64,000 nucleotides of DNA from Malacoraja senta (taxonomy: Eukaryota), in contig CM075989.1 in assembly GCA_038087875.1 (NCBI GenBank), forward strand, positions 7,132,001 to 7,196,000, written 5' to 3'. Below the pieces are notes generated by a model. The model searched no databases. It worked only from the letters and a program-made list of their open reading frames with translations, and had not been told where the DNA came from. Below, piece after piece: positions 23,281-34,435 of the stretch (positions are counted from its first letter, which is position 1; each line of letters starts with the position of its first letter). A program made the position numbers and the translations under genes.

Positions 23281-24095
23281 AAGTACTGCATAGTGCACTA
23301 ACATTAATGTACAGCATGAACACACAAGGGCGCAAGCAAACTGGAGCAGAGGTTGGCCATTCGTCCCTTCAAACCTTACATGCCTTTGTGTATGATTATG
23401 GCTAACCTATGCTGGCTTCAAGTCCTTTTCTGTGCCGTACAGGATTAAACCAGCCAGCAATGCATCAAAGCATTCAAAGGTGTCATCCTAAATCCTCGCC
23501 CAGAGAAGAGGGAAGAGGCTATGGTGGACACAGAGTGAACATCACCCACTGACTCATCCACAACTCAGAGTGGTTCCATCCCAAAATGTTGCCTTATCCA
23601 TTCCCTCCACAATTGCTGCCTGACCCGCTGAGTTAGTCCAGCACTTTGTGTCTATCTCCAGAGATGTCGCCTGACCTGCTAAGTTACTCGAGCACTTTGT
23701 GGTTTGCCCAGCTGTTCAGAAACATAGTTGAACAGTTTTGTATCTTGACATTGAATTGTAGCAGGGCAGTGAAGAGTAACATTTCTGGAAACAGGTCAGA
23801 GAGAAAGAAAAAAATGTGTTGATATCCTAATATCAAAATAAAGAGTCATCGATCGTGCCATACTGTCATAGTGACAGAGCTGGAATAGGTTCTTCTCCCC
23901 ACCGACCAAGTTGGCATCCTAGGGTAGTAGTCTTGGAGACATACAGTACAGAATAAGCCCCTCAGTCCAACTTGTCCATGTTGACCAAGATACCCATCAC
24001 ATAAGAGTTGGTATCTCAGGTTGAAGATTCTTTGCCGGAAGTGATGGAGTTGTCATGGTAATAATCAGTTATCACCATGACACCATGACACCACT

Positions 24096-24856
24096 GGGTG
24101 GCGCCGTGATGGCAGCCTCGCCAACAGTCTGTCTGCCCTTTCGTCTTTTCTTTGTTATTTTTAGTATCTTCTTTTAAAAGTTTGTGTTAATGTTCCCTGG
24201 TTTGTTTTATGTGGGGGGTGGGGGAGGGGGGTCGGAGGACATTTTTTTTCAATCTCTTACCTTGCCGGAGATGCGATTGTTTTCCGGGTATCTCCGGTCG
24301 TTCTGCGGCCTAACATCGTGGAGCTGGAGGCCTCACTCGGGACTGACTTTGAGCCCCACCGCGGGGCCGTGGACTTACCATCGGGGCCGATTCCTTGCCT
24401 GGGATCGATGCTCCAACCGCCGCCTGCGGATTTTACCATCAAGAGCTCGCCGTCTCGGGTAGAGACTGAGTCGGGAAGCTCCAACGACGCAGAAGGTTTG
24501 ACCAGCCCCGACTCGGGGTCAGATCGCAGGCACGGGGGGAGCTGACATCCCCCCGATGCAGGAGCTTGATCGCCCCCACCCGGAGGCTCGCTGCCGACTA
24601 CGGGAGTCAAGATCGTCCCGTCAACGGAAGGCTGGAGGCCCCCGACTGTGGGAGAACAATGAAGGGAAGAGATTGAACTTTTTAACACTTTCCATCACAG
24701 TGAGGAATGTGGAGGAGTCATTGTGGTGGATATTCATGTTAAAATGTATTTTGTGTGTTCTGTTGCTTTTTATTAGTATGACTGTACAGCAAATCAAATT
24801 CCTCGTATGTTGCCAAACATACTTGGTAATAAAGTATGATTATGATTATTATTATG
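24096..24856 (+). mobile_element. GC-rich non-coding retroposon, apparently full length, (TATGAT)n tail
   Basis: Same 5' start (GGGTGG(C/T)GCCG) and body as 3085-3797. Confidence 0.75.
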
Positions 24857-25037
24857 ACATACAATCATGGCTTCACCCTATCAGATCTCTCCCCTTTGTC
24901 CTATCCATCACCCATCCTCTCTACAATATAAAAGCTTTCTCTCTGTTCTGAAACACTGCTTGTACAAACCAATACTTCAAATACATTTGATTCTCTTTGG
25001 GTGAAAGGTCAACAACTTGAAATGTTAGAAGGATCCT

Positions 25038-25580
25038 AAGTGCTTTAGTAACTCAGCCGGTCAGGCAACATCTCTAGAGAATACAGATAGATAATGTTTG
25101 GGTCAGAACTTTTTTTCAGACTGGGAAGGCCAAATGAGTCTGAAGATGCGTCACAACCCGAAACATCACCTTTGGACTTCAGAGATACAGCACAGAAACA
25201 GGCCCTTCGGCCCACCAAGTCTGTGCCAACCAGCGATCATACCGTATACTAATACTAGCCTACACAAGAGAGACAATTTACAATTTTACCGAAGCCAGTT
25301 AACCTACAAACCTGCACGTCATTGGAGTGTGGGAGGAAACCGGACCTCCTGGAGAAAACCCACGGGGTCACAGGGAGAATGAACAAACTCCGTACAGCCA
25401 GCAACTGGAGTCAGGATCGAACCCGGGTCCCTGGCGCTGTAAGGCAGCATCTCTACGCTGCGCCACCCACTTGGCCATCACCTATCCATGTTCTCCAGAG
25501 ATGCTGCCTGACCCACTGAGTTACTCCAGCACTTTATGATCTTCTTTGTAAACCAGCATCTGCAGTTCCTTGTTTCTACA
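25038..25580. mobile_element. Penelope-like inverted pair split by a SINE
   Basis: Minus piece 25038-25122; plus piece 25137-25171 (CTGAAGA...CCCGAAACATC) resumes at about 25477. Confidence 0.65.
25172..25468 (-). mobile_element. HE1-like SINE
   Basis: V-domain, B box. Confidence 0.88.
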
Positions 25581-25758
25581 ACCTGGAGCATTAGCTTTGT
25601 TTCTTCTCCCACCTCCCCCACCCACAGCAAATGTTGCCTGACCTTCCAAGTATTTTCCATTTTATTTCAGATTTACACAAAAGACCGGTTTCAAAATGTA
25701 AGATTCATTGAGCAGAAACAGTCTGGTTTGAGAGATTGTTGTTGATGTTGAGGAGAGG

Positions 25759-25776
25759 CTGCTCCCTCTAGTGGCA
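25759..25776 (-). promoter_or_regulatory. candidate CTCF binding site
   Basis: Minus strand TGCCACTAGAGGGAGCAG matches the CCASYAGRKGGCGC core with one deviation, in non-repetitive sequence. Confidence 0.45.
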
Positions 25777-25862
25777 CGGTTGGCTGAACAACATTTGCCA
25801 ACTCACTGCAGAGCAGTTGAATCAAGGCTCCATCAGCGATTTCACATTGAAGGTTCTTGCTC

Positions 25863-26385
25863 AAGAAGGATGGGCTGGATCTGGAGAGGGTCCAGAGGAG
25901 GTTTACAAGAATGATCCCAGGAATTAGTAGGTTAACATATGATGAGCGTTTGACGGCACTGGGCCTGTACTCCCTGGAGTTGAGGGGGGGGGACCTACTT
26001 GAGGAGAGACCTACTTGAAACGTGCAGAATAGTGAAAGGCTTGGATAGAGTGGATGTGGAGAGGATATTTCCACTAATGACAGTCTAGGACTAGAGGTCA
26101 TAGCCTGAATTAAAGGATGTTCTTTTAGGAAGGAGATTTTCTAATGGAGGAATTTCTTTCGTCAGAGGGTGGTGAATCTGTGGAATTCTTTGCCACAAGC
26201 GGGTGTAGAGGCCAAGTCAGTGGATATATTTAAGGCAGAGATAGATAGATACTTGATCAGTATGAGTGTCAGAAGTTATGGAGAGAAGGCAGGAGAATGG
26301 AGTTAGGAGGGATAGACCAGCCATGATGGGATGACAGAGTAGACGATGGGCCGAATGGCCTAATTCTATCACTTATGATCTTATG
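25863..26385 (+). mobile_element. CR1 3' fragment
   Basis: KKDGLDLERVQRRFTRMIPG...LGLYSLE plus 3' UTR. Confidence 0.88.
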
Positions 26386-26717
26386 ACAGTTGAATAGTTG
26401 CTTGGGCAGAATAGTGGTGCAGCTGGTAAAGCCACTGCCACATAGCTACAGCCCCGCCAGCTTCAGTCCTGGCCTCTAGTACTGTCGGCACATTTACACG
26501 TCCTTGAGATTGTGGAATGGTAAACCCAGGAACATTGCAATAGACCCAATCTCAGCCACCCAGTCATGGTCAGTCCATGAATTTTCAAACTCCAAATACC
26601 CTCTCAACTGTCTGTGTAGTTTTAGTTTCTGAGATACAGCGTGGAAACAGGCACTGCGGCCCACCGAATCCGCGCCATCCAACAATCATCCCGTTCACTA
26701 CTTCTATCCTACACTCT

Positions 26718-26770
26718 GGGGTCAAGGCAAGAGCGTTCACGTCGCGGCCCCTGTTTCCACCAATCTTTCC
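26718..26770 (+). ncRNA. HDV/CPEB3-like self-cleaving ribozyme fold
   Basis: P1 GGGGTC/GGCCCCT (G+1 absent), P2 GGCAAGA/TCTTTCC, P3 GCG/CGC, L3 TTCACGT, J1/4 GT, J4/2 CCAA. Confidence 0.8.
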
Positions 26771-26894
26771 ACCACCACGCACAAGAAGCACAAGAAGCGC
26801 AAGACAGACACCATGGTGTGTAGATGCCGAGACAAGAAGTATGTTCAGCTCTGGCTGAACAACTTCTAATCTTGTGTGTGGACTCAATAAGAAG
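26718..26894 (+). mobile_element. short AAG-tailed retroposon, family B, headed by an HDV/CPEB3-like ribozyme
   Basis: Perfect 12-bp TSD ATCCTACACTCT at 26706-26717 and 26895-26906; ends AATAAGAAG. Confidence 0.85.
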
Positions 26895-27831
26895 ATCCTA
26901 CACTCTAAGGACAATTTACAGAGGCCAATTAACCTGCAAACCGGTGTGGCTTTGGAACGTGGGAGGTTACTGGGGTACCTGGAGAAAACCCACACAGTCA
27001 CAGGGAGAATGTGTAAACTGCAAACAGACAGCAACTTTAGTCAGGATCGAACCCGCCTCTCTGGTGGTTTAAGGCAGTAACTCTACCTCTGACCCATTGT
27101 CCTCTTCCCATTAGAGCTGAGGCAGGGGGTGGGGGTGGAGATGGCTGTTACCAGAGGCACAAGCGTGCCCTGCGCCCCCCTCTCATTACAAAGTCTATAA
27201 TGTCGCCAATGTATGTGCCTGTGTGTTTAATTGCCCACTCTAAAACTGATGAGTCAGCATACACCCTGGGCAGCTGACTATCTGACCATAGTGTGAATAA
27301 TTATCCTTAACTTTACCCAATAACTTAAAAGTACATTGAAAAACAACACTTGCTTCAGCGAGGAACCAGTCCACTGTTTAATAATTCAGAAATATTAATG
27401 CAGTATAATGGGATCACAATTGTCAAGTAGCAGAAAGGAGCAAAGTTGAAGATAAATTATTAATAGGCTCTAAATAGCCTGACTAAAGAACATGGATGCA
27501 ATTCAAAGCTATGCCAAAGAATGACTCTCAGACAGAGCGACAAAGTTAGCTGCAATGAATCGTGCACAGTTTTGCTGCAATCCCGATTCAAATGTTGACG
27601 AAAGCACAAGTATTTTAAAATGTCGGGCGTGCACAGTGTGGGCTGTGGGAGTGAACTGCCATTGTCTGCCTAAAGCTCCATTTAACAGCTGGATCATGGC
27701 ACATTTGGGAGAGTTGATGGTTAATCTTGCCTCAGTGAATAGCAGAGACACAGTGCTGCCACCATGTGAAAGACGCTAGATATTACGGCTAGTTCAGCCT
27801 TGATTTTTTTTACAGTTACAATGGTTCAATG

Positions 27832-27960
27832 TGTAGGAAGGAACTGCAGATGGTGGTTTAAATCAGTGAAAGGCACAAAAAGCTGGAGTAACTCAGCTGG
27901 TCAGACAGCATCTCTGGAGAAAAGGAATAGGTGACATTTCATGTCCATACCCTTCGTCAG
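27832..27960 (-). mobile_element. Penelope-like pLTR fragment
   Basis: Family body with decayed CTGACGAAGGG...GAAATGTC on the minus strand. Confidence 0.65.
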
Positions 27961-28164
27961 ATGGTTCTTTATTGTCAAGAATGCACAGGCCAGTGAAATT
28001 CCTTTGCACAACCCACAACGCCATATTTTGGCACCGTTTACAAAGGGGAAAAAAATTGTCCAATGTCCAAACATGTTAGTTTAATTTAGTTTATTGTCAC
28101 GTGCACCCAGGTAAGTGAAAAGCTTTTGTTGCGTGCTAACCAGACAGCGAAAAGATACCATCAA

Positions 28165-28567
28165 GCTCGCAGTTGGGTGTGGCTAGTTGGGAAGCTCCAA
28201 CGTCGCGGAAGGTTCGACCAGCCCCGACGCGAGGTTCCATCGCCCGGCGCGGGTGAGCTAACATCCCCCCGATGCGGGAGCTGAACGCCTCGATGCGGAG
28301 GGCCCGAACGCCGCTGGCTACGGGAGTCAAGATCGTCCCGTCAACGGAGGCTCGAGGCCCACGACCGAGGAAGAACTAGGGGAAGGACAAACTTTATTTT
28401 GCCTTCCATCACAGTGAGGAATGTGGAGGAGTCATTGTGGTGGATGTTCATGTTTAAATGTGTTTTTGAGTGATCTGTTGCTTTTAATTGTATGACTGAC
28501 CTGGCCAATGAAATTCCTCGTATGTTGCAAAACATACTTGGCGAATAAAGTGTGATTCTGATTCTGA
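28165..28567 (+). mobile_element. GC-rich retroposon, 5'-truncated, (GATTCT)n tail
   Basis: Homologous to 24437-24856. Confidence 0.75.
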
Positions 28568-28863
28568 ATTACCAGAGAGCCCCCGATCCAGGTAGGTGCA
28601 GGTAAGCCCCAGGTTGCTGCAGGCCCATGACCCAACATCCCTCTCCTCGCCCGACCACCTCTGAGTCCCAGTGGGGAGGCACCTCCTGCAACATAATAAG
28701 ACCTAAAGGTTTTTAATCGAGAAGCAAGCAGCCACCCTCAGTAAGCTTTTACTTCATTTACAAGCAGGAAAGGTGGGTATTACTTTCAAGGCTGCCATTC
28801 ATCACCTACATCTTGAGATGGTGGCAGTAAAGTGCCTTCTTTAAACCTGCACCCCATGTGCTG

Positions 28864-29500
28864 AAACATAGAAACATAGAAAATAGGTGCAGGAGTAGGC
28901 CATTCGGCCCTTCGAGCCTGCACCGCCATTCAATATGATCATGGCTGATAATCCAATTCAGTATCCTGTACCTGCCTTCTCTCCATACCCCTTGATCCCT
29001 TTAGCCACAAGGGCCACATCTAACTCCCTCTTAAATATAGCCAATGAACTGGCCTCAACTACCTTCTGTGGCAGGGAATTCCACAGATTCACCACTCTCT
29101 GTGTAAAAAATGATTTTCTCATTTCGGTCCTAAAAAACTTCCCCCTTATCCTTAAACTGTGACCCCTTGTTCTGGACTTCCCCAACATCGGGAATAATAT
29201 TCCTGCATCTAGCCTGTCCAACCCCTTAAGAATTTTGTAAGTTTCTATAAGATTCCCCTTCAATCTTCTAAATTCTAGCGAGTACAAGCCGAGTCTATCC
29301 AGTCTTTCCTCATATGAAAGTCCTGCCATCCCAGGAATCAGTCTTGTGGAGCTTCTCTGTACTCCCTCTATGGCAAGAATGTCTTTCCTCAGATTAGGAG
29401 AACAAAACTGTACGCAATACTCCAGGTGTGGTCTCACCAAGACCCTGTGCTACTGCAGTAGAACCTCCCTGCTCTTATACTCAAATCCTTTTGCTATGAT
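28864..29500 (-). mobile_element. young CR1 3' fragment, open RT C-terminus
   Basis: ORF 28958-29440 VRPHLEYCVQF.SP.LRKDILAIEGVQR...LWNSLPQ. Confidence 0.93.
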
Positions 29501-29664
29501 CCCCTTGAAGATGATCCCCTTTGTGCTATTCATTCAGGAGTTCCAATGTTCAATTCCAACAATGTACGATGAGCGGAGATAAAACAGCAAATTAGGAGAG
29601 TGTTTGACTTGTGATGGGAAATGGTTGAGGCAGGTACAATAACAACATATAAGGGTGGCACATT

Positions 29665-30610
29665 CATAAGATCATAAGACAGAGCAGAATTGCGCCATTT
29701 GGCCCAACGAGTCTGTCCCTCCATTCCATCATAGCTGCTCTATTTTTCCCTCTCAATCCCTTCTTCCCTTAACCTTTGACACCCTTACTAATCAAAAACC
29801 TATCAATCTCCGCTTTAAAAATACCCAATGACTTGACCTCCACGGCCATCTATGGCAATGATTTCCACAGATTCATCACCTTCTGGCTAAATAATTCCTC
29901 CTCATCTCCATTCTAAAGGTACGTAATTTTATTCTAAGGCTGGGCCCTCTGATCCTAGACTCTCCCACTGATCCATGTCGACCTTTCATTACTCAATAGG
30001 TTTCATTAAGATCGCCCCCTTATGCATCTAAATGCCAGCGCGCACAGGCCCAGAGCCATCAAACACTCCTCATACATTAACCCAATCAACCCCGGGAGAA
30101 TTCTCGTAAACATCCTCTGGACCCCCTCCAACACCAGCACATCCCTCCTCAGGTGTGGGGCCCAAAACTGCTCCCACATCCTTGCTGTTATATTCTAGTC
30201 CTCTCAAAATAAATGTTAACCTTGCATTTGCCTGCCTTTCTATGACTTAAGGGCCTGTCCCACTTTCACGACCTAATTCACGACCTCTGCCGAGTTTGCC
30301 CTTGACTCATACTCGCAGCACGGTCGTCACGAGGTCGTAGGTAGGTTGTAGCAGGCCGTGATGCTCGTAGTCGTAGGTACTTGTGGCATCAAGTAGGTCG
30401 GGGCGTTTTTCTAGCATGATGAAAAATGTCCACGAGTAAAAAAGGTCGTGAATTAGGTCGTGGAAGTGGGACAGGCCCTTTAACCTGCAAATTAACCTTT
30501 TGGGAATCCTGCACCAGCACTTCCATGTCCCTTTTAACATCAATGTTTCTGAATCCTCTCCCCATTTAGAAAATAGTCTACACCTTTATTCCTGCTACCA
30601 AAGTGCATGA
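29665..30610 (-). mobile_element. decayed CR1 fragment hosting a MITE
   Basis: CR1 3' UTR and RT remnants on both sides of 30250-30479. Confidence 0.8.
30250..30479. mobile_element. PIF/Harbinger-like MITE, subfamily B
   Basis: ~37-bp TIR AGGGCCTGTCCCACTTTCACGACCTAATTCACGACCT, TTA TSD. Confidence 0.9.
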
Positions 30611-30924
30611 CTCCTCCTCCTCCAAATATCACCTGTTCTTCATCATCATTGGGTCAAAATTGAAGAGCACCTTCCCCCAAGGGTGCAATGGAAGTCCTGC
30701 ACCAGATGGACTGCAGCTGTTTGAGAAGGTTGCTCAACACTACCTTTCCAAGAGTACTTTAGGGATGGACAGTAAATGCGGGCCTTGCCAAAGACACCCA
30801 GATCACACAACCAAGAATCCTATCTCCATCAGGTTCTCCAGCGCATCTGAGGACAGAAATATCACCCTTTGTGTCAGGACGTTCCTCAATCATACTCTGG
30901 AGATTTGAACAGCAAAACCAGGCT

Positions 30925-31150
30925 GACACTTCAGCACTGACTGATAGACTGACCCACCATTGATGCTGCTACACCAAGGTCCCTTCTACCCCCATGCTGG
31001 TCATTACCATTCGTTTAGGGACTATTTCAAAAAGGGGTAAAGGAGTTCTCTCAATTTCCTGACCAATGTGACCATCCTCAAACTGTTTTTTTATCGGGCC
31101 ATTATATCTGTGGGATTTTGCTGGGCACAAATCAGTACCTCCTTTCCTGT
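30925..31150 (+). mobile_element. Deu-domain SINE relic
   Basis: Weak similarity to 54955-55250 (ACTATTTCAAAAAG...GGAGTTCTC...CCTGACCAAT). Confidence 0.4.
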
Positions 31151-31210
31151 CCTTTCCTTAGGGGCGGCTTAAGGTTGGCACGGTACGCAGGGATAGAGTT
31201 GCTTCCTATA

Positions 31211-31266
31211 TGGGCCTGTCCCACTTAGACAATTTTCCAGGCGACTGCAGGCGACTGTCAGAGTGG

Positions 31267-31303
<37 letters not shown>

Positions 31304-31931
31304 CGCTTCCTTCACCAGCCTGTCATGCAGGCGGGGGACAGGGCAAGCGGGGGAGCGCTGTCTGAGTGAAATTCACACGGTGCAAAGGCAAGGTGATACA
31401 GACACACACCACGATGAACAAGGGTTTCGGCCCGAAACGTTACCTATTTCCTTCGCTCCATAGATGCTGCTGCACCCGCTGAGTTTCTCCAGCATTTTTT
31501 TGTGTACCTACGATGAACAGGAAGTTGGCGCTGTAATTAAGACGGCTAAAGCACAGTGTACGGTAAATCCTTTTAAAGGGGGGGGGAGAGGGGGAGAAGG
31601 ACGGAGAAGGAGTGGAGACAACTGAAGCTCGGCGGACATTTAACATTACCGGTCGGTTATCCTTGGTTCTGAAAACTACCGCTTACGTTTTTTTTCCCAA
31701 TGAGCCAATGAAATTCAGCACTGGCTACAACCTCCGAGAACCGTCGACCTCCTGGCGACCCACTAGGACCTCCTGGCGACCCACCTACGGCACGAGAATT
31801 CTCGCTACTCCCCATGGCGGCTTGATTCTGGTCGCCGCTAATTTTTCAACATGTTGAAAAATTCACGGCGACCATAATGAGGCCGCGACCAGTTCCCAGA
31901 ATGCGGGAACTCCTCACGACCATGAAGGCGA
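31211..31931. mobile_element. Harbinger-like element lacking its right TIR; contains (CA)n and a Penelope fragment
   Basis: Left TIR TGGGCCTGTCCCACTTA and internal TTTTCAACATGTTGAAAA. Confidence 0.7.
31421..31509 (+). mobile_element. Penelope-like fragment with 10-bp TSD
   Basis: ACGATGAACA at 31411-31420 and 31510-31519; begins GGGT-TTCG-GCCC-GAAACGTT. Confidence 0.8.
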
Positions 31932-32361
31932 CTGTACAGAGTTTCTACGTTCTCCCTGTGACCACGTGGGTTTTCTCCGGGTGCTCCGGTTTCTCCCCAC
32001 ATTCCAAAAATATACAGGTTTGTAAGTTAATAGGCTTCCGTAAAATTGTCCCAAGTGTGTAGGATAGTGTTAGTGCATGGTAATCAATGGCGCGGACTCG
32101 GTGGGCTGTAGGGCCTGTTTCCACACTGTCTCAAAAGTCAAAAGTAAAGTGTAAAGTCCTGTCCTGCCCTCCTACATCAGCACGTTGGAAAAGTTGTTGA
32201 TCAACACAACACACTTTAGTGAAAATCATTAAAAAAAAACTGCAGAGGCTGAAAATCTAAAATAAAAATAGAAGATGTTGCAAACAGCGAGCAGGTAAAA
32301 TTGTGACTTAAGGAAGAAAAAGAGTCAATATTTCTGGTCAATCATCCTTCATCAGACTTCA

Positions 32362-32683
32362 GGGCAGCACGGTGGCGCGGCGGTAGAGTTGCTGCCTTAC
32401 AGCATTTGCAGCACCGGAAACCCGGGTTCGATCCCGACTACGGGTGCCGTCTGTATGGAGTTTGTACGTTCTCCCTGTGACCTGCGTGGGGTTTTTCCGA
32501 GATCTTTGGTTTCCTCCCACCATTCCAAAGATGTACATATTTGTTGGTTAATTGGTATGTGTAAATTGACCCCAGTGTGTAGGTAGGAGTGTTAATGTGT
32601 GGGGATCACTGGTTGGTGCGGACTCGGTGGGCCGAAGGGCCTGTTTCGGTGCTGTATCTCCAAACTAAACTGAACTGAATTAA
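32362..32683 (+). mobile_element. HE1-like SINE, full length
   Basis: A/B boxes, V-domain and tail; flanked by old inverted Penelope-like pieces. Confidence 0.9.
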
Positions 32684-32984
32684 ACTTGCTTAAACTCTGA
32701 TGAAGGATTTTTGGCCTAAAACATTAGCTCTGTTTCTCTTCCCTACGAATGCTGCCTGACCTGCTGAGCATTTCCAGCATTTACTGTTTGTATTTTATAT
32801 ATTTTTGGATTTCTCAAAGTTGTGAAGAATGACTTTTTTCTTTTATTCCCATTAATAAGCAGACAATGTGGGCAGCTTGCATCTGAGTTTCTGGCCTGTT
32901 CACCTATAGTATGTTGTGGCACAGAAACAGGCCCTTCAGCCCATCAAGTCCATGCTGACCATCGAGCACCCATCCATCTACACT

Positions 32985-33600
32985 TCACGCTGTCTCGGCA
33001 AGGCCACCAGCATAATGAAGGATAAGTCTCACCCTGGTCACTCCCTCTTCTCCCCTCTCCCTTCATAGAAACATAGAAAATAGGTGCAGGAGGAGGCCAT
33101 TCAGCCCTTCGAGCCAGCACCGCCATTCATTGTGATCATGGCTGATCGTCCCCAATCAATAACCCGTGCCTGCCTTCTCCCCATATCCCTTGATTCCACT
33201 AGCCCCTAGAGCTCTATCTAACTCTATCTTAAATCCATCCAGTGATTTGGCCTCCACTGCCCTCTGTGGCAGGGAATTCCACAAGTTCACAACTCTCTGG
33301 GTGGAAAGGTTTTTTCTCACCTCAGTCTTAAATGGCCTCCCCTTTATTCTAAGACTGTGGCCCCTGGTTATAGAAACATAGAAAATAGGCAAGAGGTACT
33401 GAAGTGTGAAAACGTACAACCTCCACATTCAGGGACAGTTTCTTCCCAGCTGTTAGCAGGCAACTGAATCATCCTATCATTAACTCGAGAATGGTCCTGA
33501 CCTATCATCCACCACATTGAAGACCTTTGAGCTATGTTTAATCTGAATTTATTTGAATTTATCTTGCACTATTCACTTTATACCTTGCATCTGAGTTTCT
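32985..33600 (+). mobile_element. Rex1-like 3' fragment interrupted by CR1
   Basis: ..ASIMKDKSHPGHSLFSPLP | GKRY*SVK...RDSFFPAV. Confidence 0.7.
33064..33389 (-). mobile_element. young CR1 3' fragment
   Basis: RGHSLRIKGRPFKTEVRKNL.TQRVVNLWNSLP. Confidence 0.9.
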
Positions 33601-34122
33601 GATCTTTTTTAGGTTAGGTTAGAGATACAGCATGGAAACAGGCTCTTCGGCCCACCGAGTCTGCACCGACCAGCGATCCCTGCACCGGTTCACTCATACA
33701 TGTAACAGCACAGGAATAGACCCTTCAGCCCATCCAATCTATGCTCACCACCAGTTTACCCGAATATTACAGTAATCCCGTTTTATTCAATGGGCAAGAC
33801 CCAATCAGCAAGGCAAACTCATACCATTGCAACTATCTTGTTCTCCAAAAATAACTAGTATTTTTTATAAATGTTGGCAGTAGCTCTTGCAAACCTGTTC
33901 TTCATCTGTGTGAGAGGTTCTACAACTTCAGCTGCTCTCCCGAAATTAACAATAACCCTGTATCCTTGCCAAGTCGCCTTCCTTTAAAGTGCTTCTCCAT
34001 CACAGATAAACTTAAGGGCCTCTATCTTCCACAAGTGAACACAGAACATCACTTACCCATATAAGGAGAAGAGACATTGCCTTAGATAATAGTGAGCAGC
34101 TTTGGAATTAAGCGCTTTCAAG

Positions 34123-34435
34123 AGTCATAGAGTGACACAGTGTGGAAACAGGCCCTTCGGCCCAACTTGCCCACACTGGCCAACGTGCCACAACTACACC
34201 AGTCCCACCTGCCTGCGCTTGGTCCCTATTCTTCCAAACCTGTTCCTATCCATGTACCTGTCTAACTGTTTCTTAAACGTTCGGATAGTCCCAGCCTCAA
34301 CTACCTCGTCTGGCAGCTTGTTCCACACACACTTTGTGTGAAAAAGTTACCTCTCAGATTCCTATTAAATCTTTTCACCTTCACTTTAAACCTATGTCCT
34401 CTGGTCCTCGAGTCACCTACTCTGGGCAAGAGACA
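34123..34435 (-). mobile_element. CR1 3' fragment
   Basis: Homologous to 7128-7435. Confidence 0.88.

Larger units (their letters stand above)
26618..27100 (-). mobile_element. HE1-like SINE hosting a ribozyme retroposon
   Basis: The SINE body is continuous after removal of 26718-26906. Confidence 0.85.
31176..32155 (+). mobile_element. HE1-like SINE split by a truncated MITE
   Basis: Head at 31176-31210; body resumes at about 31932. Confidence 0.75.

Noticed and set aside
24091..24104. CTCF-like CCACTGGGTGGCGC
   Set aside because: It is formed across a retroposon junction and deviates at a key core position.
26733..26754. Reading this locus as the CPEB3 gene intron orthologue
   Set aside because: The ribozyme sits in a TSD-flanked insertion inside a lineage-specific SINE, and no CPEB exons are visible.
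28958..29440. Open RT-like ORFs (also 7098, 22714, 48294) as functional genes
   Set aside because: These are only the C-terminal parts of 5'-truncated CR1 copies; no complete ORF2 is present.
32362..32440. tRNA genes at SINE heads
   Set aside because: A/B boxes are present, but they run into the V-domain and CR1 tail and lack a full cloverleaf and terminator.
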